64,000 bases of DNA from a virus (taxonomy: Duplodnaviria; Caudoviricetes), in the IMG/VR virus record IMGVR_UViG_2754412371_000001, positions 1 through 64,000 of that record; one strand, written 5' to 3'. The translations under genes and the position numbers were made by a program. The first letter of the stretch is position 1. Every line of letters begins with the position of its first letter. Under the pieces are notes generated by a model, which did no database searches, was not told the origin of the DNA, and saw nothing but the letters and a program-made list of their open reading frames with translations. Shown here in pieces: positions 9,108 through 17,715 of the stretch.

Positions 9108-9495
9108 GGTTTGCCTCCGCGAGTTGCTCCTTCAATTGGCCGTGCTCCTTGAGAAATGCACGCAGGCGCCGGAGGAAGACCTGTTTATGTGTCCCGAGTT
9201 CGGAGACGCGCTTTTCGCGGAACAACTGGAATGCGTTGTCCCAATCGATTCTGAACAGATCAGCGAGCGCGCTCATGCTCTCCTTGTCATTGAAAACCGG
9301 GCTACTCTCGTTCGATACCTTGAGTCCAAGATTCTGAAACTTCGGGTGAAGTGTCAGCCAGCCGGCCGCGCACGCAATAGTCCCGCAGGTCGCCCCGTCG
9401 TCATGCTTCCGCCAGGTGTCCAAGTTGAAGTTCCTGGGAGGAATGCCGTCGATGATTTCGTAGGCGTCTTTCAGCAATTCGAAGTTCGGTTTCAT
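9094..9495 (-). CDS. Hypothetical protein, CGTIACAAGW paralog 1
   Basis: Tandem paralog of 8658-9107. Confidence 0.75.
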   Translation of the reverse strand: MKPNFELLKDAYEIIDGIPPRNFNLDTWRKHDDGATCGTIACAAGWLTLHPKFQNLGLKVSNESSPVFNDKESMSALADLFRIDWDNAFQLFREKRVSELGTHKQVFLRRLRAFLKEHGQLKEQLAEANHAAA

Positions 9496-9593
9496 GGTCT
9501 TTGCTTCTCTGTTGTGATGTCGTCATTTTCCCGACCGCAACGTGGCGCTCACTCGGATGCGTTGCGCATCCAACAGCGATCCAGGCGGCCAAG

Positions 9594-9624
9594 AAAAAGC
9601 CCGGTTACACGACAGCAACCGGGC
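9594..9624 (-). terminator. Intrinsic terminator after RNA ligase
   Basis: GCCCGGTT/AACCGGGC stem followed by a U-tract on the - strand. Confidence 0.65.
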
Positions 9625-9640
9625 CTTCGAGCAATGTCGA

Positions 9641-10783
9641 TTACGCGAACTCGGTCGCGTTCTTGCGCAAGAGGTAGGCTTCGCTGACGCTCTTGGCGAT
9701 CTTGCGGCCATAGCGCCGGTGGCGCGCTTCGGTCTGACTTTTGACCACAACACCTTCGCGAATGTGCGCGCCACCGATCGTCGTGTTGCCGTCGGTATGC
9801 TTCAACACAACTTCGCGGCTATACGGACCGATGTAGAGCACAGGAACCGACATCACATCCATCGTCTCGCAGAAGTTCTCGAAGCTCTCTGCGTCCGCAA
9901 ACACTGCCTTCTCGCGCACACCCATGCAGATGTCGAAGGCCCGGAACTCGAGCGTGCTCCCGTAGCCGAGATCCTGAATGCCCGTGCCGAAAACTTCACC
10001 GAACATGAGAACCGGAACATTGCCATCGTCAGCAACGGGACCGAGAACTTCAAGGGCCTTGTCGAGCAGCGAGTGCTTCTTTACGGCTTGCGCGTAAACG
10101 TTCGCTTCGTCGTTGTGGTCGAGGATGACACCACGGCCGCCCAAGCCCTTGCTGGTGATGACCACGCGTCCTTTGTAGAACTTCTCGTCCGACATCGACG
10201 ACGGCACGACCGCCACCTGGAGCAGCGTTCCGTGAATCTTCTCGGTAATGACGACCGGCTCCCCATCTTCGAACAGGTTCGGCGTCTTCTTCAGGTTGTC
10301 GAAGTCGTATTTGTGCGTAATGTCCAGATTCGCACCGAGCGCTTTCCCTGCCATGTGCGCCGGAACAACCGGTTCGTATTTCGTCACGCCCAAGAGTTCG
10401 GCGACGTCTTCGCCTTCGAAGCAGAGGTGGGCAACTGCGCCGTCTTCACGCTCGGGGTAGTGCAACACATTGCCTTCCTCGCCACCGAGCGACAGGCAGA
10501 TGCCCTGCGACAGCACGCCTCGAAGCTTGATCGCCTTGATGCGATTGCCGGACGAGCCATGCAGCTTCCCCTTTCCGCTCACCTCGTCCCACATGCCGAG
10601 TTGCTTCAAAATCCACTCGGGCAGCAGCGCTGCCTCCGGAAGATATGCAGCGAGCGCGCCATCCTTGAACTGCCCCTTTCGGACGATCGATTGAAAATCG
10701 CCGACACGGGCGATTTCGATGGCATCAGCGTTGGGGTGCGGTTCGACACGAACGCGCACGACAGGAACTTCGAATGTGCTCAT
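9641..10783 (-). CDS. ATP-dependent RNA ligase (Rnl2-like, DRB0094-type)
   Basis: N-terminal HPNADA.E...VRKGQF..G module; motif I TEKIHGT, FGEVFG, F.AFDI, REGVVVK, IAK.VS..YL. Confidence 0.88.
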   Translation of the reverse strand: MSTFEVPVVRVRVEPHPNADAIEIARVGDFQSIVRKGQFKDGALAAYLPEAALLPEWILKQLGMWDEVSGKGKLHGSSGNRIKAIKLRGVLSQGICLSLGGEEGNVLHYPEREDGAVAHLCFEGEDVAELLGVTKYEPVVPAHMAGKALGANLDITHKYDFDNLKKTPNLFEDGEPVVITEKIHGTLLQVAVVPSSMSDEKFYKGRVVITSKGLGGRGVILDHNDEANVYAQAVKKHSLLDKALEVLGPVADDGNVPVLMFGEVFGTGIQDLGYGSTLEFRAFDICMGVREKAVFADAESFENFCETMDVMSVPVLYIGPYSREVVLKHTDGNTTIGGAHIREGVVVKSQTEARHRRYGRKIAKSVSEAYLLRKNATEFA

Positions 10784-10841
10784 GAATTCTCCACGATTGG
10801 TATGGCGCCCCTGTCGCCGGCCAGGGGCGTGCGCGGTGCGC

Positions 10842-11318
10842 TTAGTTGACGGCGGCTTGCGTCGTGTTGAGCGCAGCCGACAGGCCGGCCGGCCATGCGA
10901 ACTCCGCCGCCGGCGACAGCTTCGCCTGCTCTGCTGCCGACGCGACCGAGTCGGCAGCGGGACGCTGCTCGCACGTGTCGATCGCCGGCGGCTCGACCGC
11001 GGCGTTGGTTGCCGCGCCCTGTTCAGCGACCGGTTGCGCCGGCTCTTGTGCCTTCACTGCCTTTGCCTTCTTCGGCAGGATCTCGCGCAGCGCATCGGCG
11101 TTATTCAGAATGAACAATGCGATGTCGCCGACCGTGACTTCGTCCAGATAGGTGGACGAATCGGCGGGCGTTCCGAGCTCGGCGAACTTCGCCTTAACCA
11201 GGCTTTCGACCTTTTCGCGACGGTCCAGCTCGATCTGGTGCTTCTTCGCGTCGAGCTTGTCGTCGAACGTGCGGCCATCGGTGGTCTGGTATGCAGCGAT
11301 GCGCTTGAGGTTCGTCAT
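10842..11318 (-). CDS. Hypothetical protein
   Basis: YQTTDGRTFDDK.DA motif; SD upstream. Confidence 0.7.
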   Translation of the reverse strand: MTNLKRIAAYQTTDGRTFDDKLDAKKHQIELDRREKVESLVKAKFAELGTPADSSTYLDEVTVGDIALFILNNADALREILPKKAKAVKAQEPAQPVAEQGAATNAAVEPPAIDTCEQRPAADSVASAAEQAKLSPAAEFAWPAGLSAALNTTQAAVN

Positions 11319-11393
11319 GGTGTGTTCCTTTCAGTAGTGATGTTGGTGTGACAGACAGTGTGCAGAGCGCCCTACGGCGCCCCGCTGGATTCG

Positions 11394-11858
11394 TTACAGC
11401 TTCACGCGAGCGGTTTCGCGCAGGGTGTCGGCGAGCTGCAGCGTGGACATTTCGATCAGCATCACCGGGCGGTGACGTGCCGGATCCGCCTTGTGAAGCG
11501 CGCCGGGAATCGCGTGGTGGATGCGCTCGATCTCCGCGACCAGTTCCTCGCGCAGCTTCAGCAGCGTCGACGGGCTGGCGAGCACGGCATGCGGCTCGAA
11601 CATGCAGGAGATCGAGTCGTTCACCATCACGCCGGGGATGTATTCGACGATGTGGCCGGGGAAGTGGCGGCTTTCGAACAGGAACACGCCACCACCTTTT
11701 CGCGACTGCGCGAAGAACGGCGCCTTCTCCGCGTCCGACAGGTTCTCGATTTCACCGAGGATCGTGTAGAGCTTGTCCTCGTCGCTCTTGATACGAATCT
11801 CGTCGGTGCGATTCAGCAGCGCCTGAACGTCGGCGCGGATCACTTCGTTTCCTTGCAT
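11394..11858 (-). CDS. Hypothetical protein
   Basis: 154 aa; SD AAGGA upstream; motif copy just upstream. Confidence 0.75.
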   Translation of the reverse strand: MQGNEVIRADVQALLNRTDEIRIKSDEDKLYTILGEIENLSDAEKAPFFAQSRKGGGVFLFESRHFPGHIVEYIPGVMVNDSISCMFEPHAVLASPSTLLKLREELVAEIERIHHAIPGALHKADPARHRPVMLIEMSTLQLADTLRETARVKL

Positions 11859-11874
11859 TGTTTTTTCCTTTAGA

Positions 11875-11892
11875 TAAGTCGTTTGTGACTTA
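11875..11892. promoter_or_regulatory. Motif copy TAAGTC-GTTTGT-GACTTA
   Basis: Perfect arms GATAAGTC/GACTTATC, intergenic. Confidence 0.75.
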
Positions 11893-11921
11893 TCGATATA
11901 GTCACAGAAAATCTTTGGACT

Positions 11922-12149
11922 TCAGCCCGTTTGCGACACCTTTTCGTATGCACGCAGACGCTTGAGGATGTGCTTCATGGACGAGATCAATCCGCAGTCC
12001 GATTCCTCGATCATCCGATCAGCATCCTTGTGCCACTGGAACTCGCCGCTATCAGTGACCTTCAGAATCACCTCGTTGAGCCCGCCGTCGCGAAACTCGA
12101 TCGCCGGGTGGTAGTCGACCACCACCTTTCCCGCTTTGGTTTCGTTCAC
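11922..12149 (-). CDS. Hypothetical protein
   Basis: GTG start overlapping upstream stop. Confidence 0.5.
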   Translation of the reverse strand: MNETKAGKVVVDYHPAIEFRDGGLNEVILKVTDSGEFQWHKDADRMIEESDCGLISSMKHILKRLRAYEKVSQTG

Positions 12150-12562
12150 ACCGCCTCCCATCCCTGTTTCAGCATCCCCGCCGCGAATGCAGAGAACTCG
12201 CGCATCGACGTGCTTGCCATCCCGTCCGCAGCGTGGCGAATCATCTTGTCGGGCGACAAGCCGCTGATCGTGAAGCTGGGCTCCCCGAACGTCCATGTCA
12301 GCTTGACGTTGCGTTCACCGCGCCGGAACACACGGACCATCATGTGCGTGCCTTGGTAGCTTTGCTTCGCGGCAGACAGCAGTTCCATCGATTCCTTGCT
12401 CACGATGCCGGCGACACCGCCCCAGAGCCCTTCCAGGGCCATCTGGTAGCCATACGCGCTCAGCTTGCCCTGCTGCACGGCCAGGACCAGGCGCTCAACC
12501 TCATCAGTGACCTTGCGCTCCAGCTCGTCGCGGATCGTCGGAAACTCGCTCGGAGCGCTCAT
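12146..12562 (-). CDS. Hypothetical protein
   Basis: Coupled 138-aa ORF. Confidence 0.65.
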   Translation of the reverse strand: MSAPSEFPTIRDELERKVTDEVERLVLAVQQGKLSAYGYQMALEGLWGGVAGIVSKESMELLSAAKQSYQGTHMMVRVFRRGERNVKLTWTFGEPSFTISGLSPDKMIRHAADGMASTSMREFSAFAAGMLKQGWEAV

Positions 12563-13182
12563 GCCGCAACGGCGACGAGGCCGCCCTTCGGTTGTGCCGC
12601 GCGCTTGATGACACCGACCTTCACTCCCGCTTTCTTCAGCGCGTTGTTCAGGTCGGTGGCGATGACTGCCGGGAGAGCCGGTGCAGGCTTCTCCAGATTG
12701 TGCGGGAGGAAGTTCACCGACTCCGGCCAGATATCAAGCAGCTTTTTGACCGTGGTTGCCGAATAGACCATCCCGCGGATCGAAGTCCGGAGCTCGTCGA
12801 ACTTGGCTTCGAGCTCATCATGTGCCCGCTGATACGCGTCCCTCTTTGCGACGAGCGACTTGTTCGAGATATTCAAAAAGGTTCCGCCACCGCGCTTGAA
12901 AGGAACGATTTTCGGCAGGTCGACGTTGCTGTAATACGCGATGCGGCTGCCGTTTTCGTCACGAAAATTCAGCGTGACCGCGTTCGACATCGTCAGGAAC
13001 TCGACGGGAGCACGGCGCGCCGCTGTCTCTTCTTCCTCGCTCACCTGCGAGCGATAGCACGCCATCGCGAGATCCTGAAGTTGCTTCGCCACAGCCTTCT
13101 TTTCTTTCTCGAAAGCGCCCTTCATCGCGTTCGCGATGATCTGGTCACGGACGTGGTTGCTCAGCTTGACGTTGGTCGACAT
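12559..13182 (-). CDS. Nmad5-like (nucleotide-modification-associated domain 5) protein
   Basis: KLSNHVRDQI..NA N-terminus and TTVKKLL..WPE...LP C-terminal signature. Confidence 0.65.
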   Translation of the reverse strand: MSTNVKLSNHVRDQIIANAMKGAFEKEKKAVAKQLQDLAMACYRSQVSEEEETAARRAPVEFLTMSNAVTLNFRDENGSRIAYYSNVDLPKIVPFKRGGGTFLNISNKSLVAKRDAYQRAHDELEAKFDELRTSIRGMVYSATTVKKLLDIWPESVNFLPHNLEKPAPALPAVIATDLNNALKKAGVKVGVIKRAAQPKGGLVAVAA

Positions 13183-13253
13183 TGCGATCCCCAAATTGGT
13201 TGATTGAGAAGTGAACCTCTATGCAGTGAAGTATAGTGCTCACCTCTCGGATT

Positions 13254-13271
13254 TGGGTCACTATTTACTTA
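13254..13271. promoter_or_regulatory. Motif copy TGGGTC-ACTATT-TACTTA
   Basis: Upstream of TATACT for the Nmad5 operon. Confidence 0.6.
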
Positions 13272-13275
13272 CTTT

Positions 13276-13902
13276 CTAGTGAATCATCATCCCGCTGTCT
13301 AGCATCGAATCCATCTTCGCCAGGTGCCGCTCCGTCGACTTCCCTAGCGCATACGTAATCGCTTCGATCCGCTTCTCGACGCTCGTGTAGCGGCGCGGGA
13401 TCAGGAAGTGATCGGTCTGTAGCCGGTCGTCAGTCAGCAGCCCGAGCATCAGCGCATTCAGGTGCTCCATATAGGACGGGTTAGCGGGTGCCTTCCCTTC
13501 GGCTTCCACCGGACGGATGCCCGGTTGCACCAGAATCAGCGCAGTGAAGTGTCGATTGGCGCACTCGTAGCAGTCGTTCGCATACCGCGCGACCTCCGCA
13601 GCGAGCTCGTAGGGAACGTTGTTGCGCTGCACGTCGGCGAGCGTGTAGCCGAGCAGATCGATGGGTGAGCGGTCTGTGATGAACTTGACGCCGCTGCGCT
13701 CGTAGAGGCGATTCACGTCACGGAGGATCTCCCGCTGGATCATGAGTCGCGTCTCAAATGGATAGTCGGCTTTCGGGCTGTAACCGAGCCGATCGAACGT
13801 CGCCGAGGCACTGGTGGGCACGAACTTGATACCGGCTGCGTCAGCGTATGCTTTCGCCAGTGTGGTCTTTCCGGTTCGTTGCGCGCCGAGCAAACTGATC
13901 AT
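13276..13902 (-). CDS. P-loop (d)NMP-kinase-like ATPase (AAA_28/NadR-type)
   Basis: GAQRTGKTT Walker A; ITDRSPID. Confidence 0.78.
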   Translation of the reverse strand: MISLLGAQRTGKTTLAKAYADAAGIKFVPTSASATFDRLGYSPKADYPFETRLMIQREILRDVNRLYERSGVKFITDRSPIDLLGYTLADVQRNNVPYELAAEVARYANDCYECANRHFTALILVQPGIRPVEAEGKAPANPSYMEHLNALMLGLLTDDRLQTDHFLIPRRYTSVEKRIEAITYALGKSTERHLAKMDSMLDSGMMIH

Positions 13903-14084
13903 TCCACCTCCTTGTTGTTGCTGTAGTGCTGGATCGTCACGGTGTAGGTGCCGTTAGTCGGGAAGCCGGTTTTCCACCACTTCACGACGACACCAACAAA
14001 AACGCTCCCAGCCGCAAGAGCGACCAGGAGCGCCAAGACCATGACGACATAGAAAGCTATGTCGAACAGGGTCTTACGTTTCAT
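13899..14084 (-). CDS. Small membrane protein
   Basis: Single TM, 4-nt overlaps. Confidence 0.55.
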   Translation of the reverse strand: MKRKTLFDIAFYVVMVLALLVALAAGSVFVGVVVKWWKTGFPTNGTYTVTIQHYSNNKEVE

Positions 14085-14719
14085 GCAACCGCTTCCTCCA
14101 GCACCGCGCGTTCGGCGCCCGTGTCGCGGTTGACCGCGTCGTCCGAGAGGAACGTGCCGGCCTTGTAGCGGCCCGCCTTCTTGTCCTGCAGCTTCTTGAT
14201 GTTAGCTGCGTTGACCTCTTCGCGGGTCAGGCCCAGCGCGTCGAGCGCGATTTCGCCATACCAGTTTGCGTCGCCCAGCTCTTCCGCGACGTTCACTCGG
14301 TCGACCGGTTTGCCCAGCAGCGTCGGCAGCAGCGCCTCGATGAACTCGCCCGACTCGGTGAAGCCGCCCAGCGCAGCGTGAAGCAGGCGCATGTCGACGT
14401 TCTGCGGATTGATCTGCTGGACGACCTCCTTCGGCAGCTTGTCCATGAAGAAATGGACGTCCATCGGGTCACGGTAGCGGCCGGTGCCGATCGTGAACTT
14501 CAGCGACTCCCCCGCGCTCTGCATGACGCCGAGCGAATCGAGCGCCTTGTTCGGGTCCATTTCCTTGCCGTAGTAGATCGCGCGTTTGACCTGATCCAGC
14601 ACCATCGTCGCCGCGACGGCCATGTTCAGGGCGACCAGCAGCGTCGCCGGGCCGAAGTTGAGCGCGCCCGGCTTCGATTCGGTTTCGAGGACGCGGTTGC
14701 GGTAGGTCGAGTTGTCCAT
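14081..14719 (-). CDS. MazG-like nucleoside triphosphate pyrophosphohydrolase
   Basis: LHAALG..TESGE...AEELGD..WY...N..KL. Confidence 0.82.
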   Translation of the reverse strand: MDNSTYRNRVLETESKPGALNFGPATLLVALNMAVAATMVLDQVKRAIYYGKEMDPNKALDSLGVMQSAGESLKFTIGTGRYRDPMDVHFFMDKLPKEVVQQINPQNVDMRLLHAALGGFTESGEFIEALLPTLLGKPVDRVNVAEELGDANWYGEIALDALGLTREEVNAANIKKLQDKKAGRYKAGTFLSDDAVNRDTGAERAVLEEAVA

Positions 14720-14761
14720 GTAATGCTCCTTGTGTCAGTGAAGGGTGTTACTTCTTTGTAG

Positions 14762-15082
14762 TCAGGCCCAGATCGCGATCAGGTAAGCGATCAGGAAGGA
14801 AGTCAGCGCGGGCAGCACAACGTCCAGCACCATGTAGGCGTCCCACTGCCACGGGAACCAGCCGGCTGCCCACGTATCGACGTGCGTCTGCCCAGCCTTT
14901 TCGATGCTCGTTTCAGCCTCCAGTTTTTTGCGCGACCAATACCAGATGACCACGCCGAAGGCGCCGAACCATTCGTTGCCGGTCAACAGCGTGACCGGTG
15001 CCTGGATCAGCAGTCCCTCGAAGCAGTGGGACAGCGACATTCGCCACCGCGAGCCCTTGATCCACTCCAGGAAGGTATTCAT
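14762..15082 (-). CDS. Membrane protein
   Basis: Trp-rich hydrophobic ORF coupled to thyX. Confidence 0.65.
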   Translation of the reverse strand: MNTFLEWIKGSRWRMSLSHCFEGLLIQAPVTLLTGNEWFGAFGVVIWYWSRKKLEAETSIEKAGQTHVDTWAAGWFPWQWDAYMVLDVVLPALTSFLIAYLIAIWA

Positions 15083-16032
15083 ACCGTGCGCGTCAATGCC
15101 TGGATCTCTTCACGAGCAACGTGGACCTCCACGTCCTCGCGATACTGCTTCCAGCCCCGGAAATTTCGACTACGCTCCATGCCTTTCAAGAGCGGGGATG
15201 CCTGGTGCTCGGTCGGGCTCGCATGCAGTGGCTTGCTGCCGACGAGCAGGTTGTAACGCTCCAGCTCCTTCTCGGGTGCCGCGTTGCCGTCGAAAGGCTC
15301 GTAGGAAACGCGGGCGCAGCGCGCGGTCGAGATTTTCTTCAGCACGTCGAGTCGGATCAGCTCACGCTCGGAATCGAGCACATACGGCAGGTGCCACGCA
15401 TCGGGGTCGCCCGCGTTGCCCTTGCGAACGATGGGAGTCGACTGATCCATCGCCGCCTTCATCGTGCGAGCGAGGTCTTGAATCTCCGGTTGCGCGTCCG
15501 CGTGGTCGCGCAGCTCGAAGAAGTTGTGCCAGTCGGTCGCGGTAACCAGGACGTTGATATATTGGAACGGCTCGAGCAGGCGGTTCACCAGCTGCTTGTG
15601 ATATCCCGCCTTCGCGAAGGCTTCCGCATTTGCTGCGGCGTCGAGAGCCGCAAGACGCCACGCTTCCTGCGGGGAGGCTTCGGTCGTGCCGAAACGAAAC
15701 AGCGGCTCGTCCGACGGGTTGTCGAATTCGTCGTAGACGCCAACCAGAACCGGAGAGTCGATCTCGGCGCCCGCCTGCATGCCGCGCTGGTTTGCGCCCC
15801 AATGAATCGGGCCGGCCGGGTCGGTGCACACTTGCTCGATGATCTTTGCGATGGGGATCGCTCGCGACGAACCGGCGTTCCGGCTGAACACGCGGTGCGT
15901 CATGAATTCGGCGTGGATCGCTCGCCAGTAGCGCAGCTCCAGCGTCGTGATGCGTGCGTCGTTGTTCATCGTGTTCGCGACGCTGTCCGCGATCACGCGC
16001 ACGCGACAGCCCTTTCCGTTCAATTCGATCAT
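15079..16032 (-). CDS. thyX: FAD-dependent thymidylate synthase
   Basis: EFMTHRVFSRNAGSSR; HKQ..NRLLEPF; FFELR...AQPEI; ARCARVSY. Confidence 0.88.
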   Translation of the reverse strand: MIELNGKGCRVRVIADSVANTMNNDARITTLELRYWRAIHAEFMTHRVFSRNAGSSRAIPIAKIIEQVCTDPAGPIHWGANQRGMQAGAEIDSPVLVGVYDEFDNPSDEPLFRFGTTEASPQEAWRLAALDAAANAEAFAKAGYHKQLVNRLLEPFQYINVLVTATDWHNFFELRDHADAQPEIQDLARTMKAAMDQSTPIVRKGNAGDPDAWHLPYVLDSERELIRLDVLKKISTARCARVSYEPFDGNAAPEKELERYNLLVGSKPLHASPTEHQASPLLKGMERSRNFRGWKQYREDVEVHVAREEIQALTRTV

Positions 16033-16041
16033 TGCTTTTCC

Positions 16042-16227
16042 TTAGTCTTCGATGACCGTGCCGGTAATGGTCGGCTCGCTGTCGAACAAAGCCGCGATCA
16101 GATGATCGAGATCCTCGTGATAGCTGAGGGCGTCGAATGCGACCATTTCCTGCGTGGTCGTGCAGCTCGGATAGTTCTTCGGGTCGATGTCGTAGTCGAA
16201 CGTGACGGTGATGCGCCCCTTCGGCAT
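16042..16227 (-). CDS. Small hypothetical protein
   Basis: SD CAGGAG before ATG; first gene after the long leader. Confidence 0.6.
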   Translation of the reverse strand: MPKGRITVTFDYDIDPKNYPSCTTTQEMVAFDALSYHEDLDHLIAALFDSEPTITGTVIED

Positions 16228-16254
16228 GTGTTTCTCCTGTGTGGTGAAGGCATT

Positions 16255-16410
16255 GAGGCCGCTACCGGAGACAGGCGCCGGTGCGCTACTCGATATCGAA
16301 ACGGTTTCAATGACTTCAGGTTAGGTCGGGCATAGCGCCCGACCTTGATTCTCAATTCGCGTCGATGGACCAACTATCGGCGACGAATCCCGCTGCTAGG
16401 GCGAGATCTA
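16255..16410. ncRNA. Candidate structured non-coding RNA / leader
   Basis: About 200-nt gene-free gap containing three stem-loops (16264-16282, 16323-16345, 16355-16388). Confidence 0.35.
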
Positions 16411-16421
16411 TGCAATCAATT

Positions 16422-16439
16422 ATAGTCATCGATTACTTA
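16422..16439 (-). promoter_or_regulatory. Motif copy ATAGTC-ATCGAT-TACTTA abutting -10 TATAAT
   Basis: - strand GTAAGTAATCGATGAC-TATAAT. Confidence 0.75.
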
Positions 16440-16462
16440 CTTTCACCGAGAAAATGAGGGGC

Positions 16463-17455
16463 TCAGTCCCAATCCGTCAGCGTCCCCACGGCGTAGTCGG
16501 CCACCTTCCCCTCGAAGAAGTTGACCTCCTCACCCTGAGAGAACGGCACGAACCACGGCACCGGCGTCTTCACGCCCGGATACAGTTCCGGCATGCCGAT
16601 GAGCTTCGCGCACTCGTTCGCACGGTCCTGCAGAAAGCCGGTCACGATCGGCGCGGTGAGGCCCAGCACGCCCTTGCTCGTGATGTAGGCGCCCCACTTC
16701 GACTCGAGCTCCACCGCGTCGCGCAGCAGCAGTTCGGCATCGCGGTAGAACTCGGCGTCGTAGAGCTCCGGGCGCTCCTGCTTCATCGTTTCGTGCATCT
16801 TCGCGAACAGGTCCAGGTGCGTCCGCTCGTCGCGATGGATCAGCTTCACGCTATCGGCCGAGCCGATCATCTTCCCGTTGCGGGCGAGTGCGTAGAAGAC
16901 GAGGAACGCGCTGTAGAAGTAGATGCCCTCGAGCGCGACGTTGGCGACGATCGATCGGGCGAACTGCACGGGCGTCCTCTCGCCGGCGAGGATGCGAGCT
17001 TGGCGCAGAATGTGCTCGTTCTTCGCCGCCAGCATCCCGTCACGCTCGAAACGCATGTAGACCGACATCGGGTCAGCCGACACCGTCTCCACCATTTCGC
17101 TGTATGCGTCGACGTGCAGCGCCTCCTCATACATCTGGCGCTTGATGCACATTTCGACTTCGGGGCTGGTGATGCACGCCTCGATGTTCGCGAGGTTGTG
17201 CAGTTGAATGCCGTCGAGATTCGACGCGAACGACAATGCACTGTCGTAGGCGAACCGCTCGCCCTCGGTCAGGCGATTGCGATAGCACGGGCCATCGTCC
17301 GTGAGATCCGTCTCGTGCAAATCCCAATTGTTGGCTTTCATCTTTCGCCAGAGGTCGCGCGCCCACTTGTGCTTCGCGGGCGAGATCGCCATCAGGTCGG
17401 ACTTCGGGCCGAACGCAAGTCGGCGATCATTGATGATTTGTGCGTGGTTGCTCAT
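16463..17455 (-). CDS. nrdB: Ribonucleotide reductase class I beta subunit
   Basis: LDGIQ, EEALH..AY (radical Tyr), LEGIYFYSAF, RDERTH, NFFE. Confidence 0.93.
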   Translation of the reverse strand: MSNHAQIINDRRLAFGPKSDLMAISPAKHKWARDLWRKMKANNWDLHETDLTDDGPCYRNRLTEGERFAYDSALSFASNLDGIQLHNLANIEACITSPEVEMCIKRQMYEEALHVDAYSEMVETVSADPMSVYMRFERDGMLAAKNEHILRQARILAGERTPVQFARSIVANVALEGIYFYSAFLVFYALARNGKMIGSADSVKLIHRDERTHLDLFAKMHETMKQERPELYDAEFYRDAELLLRDAVELESKWGAYITSKGVLGLTAPIVTGFLQDRANECAKLIGMPELYPGVKTPVPWFVPFSQGEEVNFFEGKVADYAVGTLTDWD

Positions 17456-17469
17456 GGAGACTTCCTTGG

Positions 17470-17679
17470 TTACGAAAGGGCACCGTTCATAGCCGCAAGC
17501 GCCTTTTGCGCGCGCCTTCCGTGGTCAAACCCTTGATTTGCATAGAACAGCAGCGCTTGTCCTACCAAAGAGTGCGCGAACCCCACCTGTGCGAGAGTTG
17601 GCTTCTCCTGCGCCGCTTGGGACTTTTCGACGGGTTCGGGTGCGCTCTTGCGCTGCGGGAACTGAATGACGTTGCTCAT
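17470..17679 (-). CDS. Hypothetical protein between nrdA and nrdB
   Basis: MSNVIQFP start typical of small phage proteins. Confidence 0.55.
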   Translation of the reverse strand: MSNVIQFPQRKSAPEPVEKSQAAQEKPTLAQVGFAHSLVGQALLFYANQGFDHGRRAQKALAAMNGALS

Positions 17680-17715
17680 GGAAAGGAAGGGCCGGTTTCC
17701 CGGCCCGTATTCAGG

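Noticed and set aside
16295-16325. - strand CTGAAGTCATTGAAA as a hammerhead ribozyme core
   Set aside because: Lacks CUGANGA and the flanking stems
17689-17706. GGGCCGG/CCGGCCC hairpin after nrdA as a novel element
   Set aside because: Most simply a weak terminator or mRNA stabiliser
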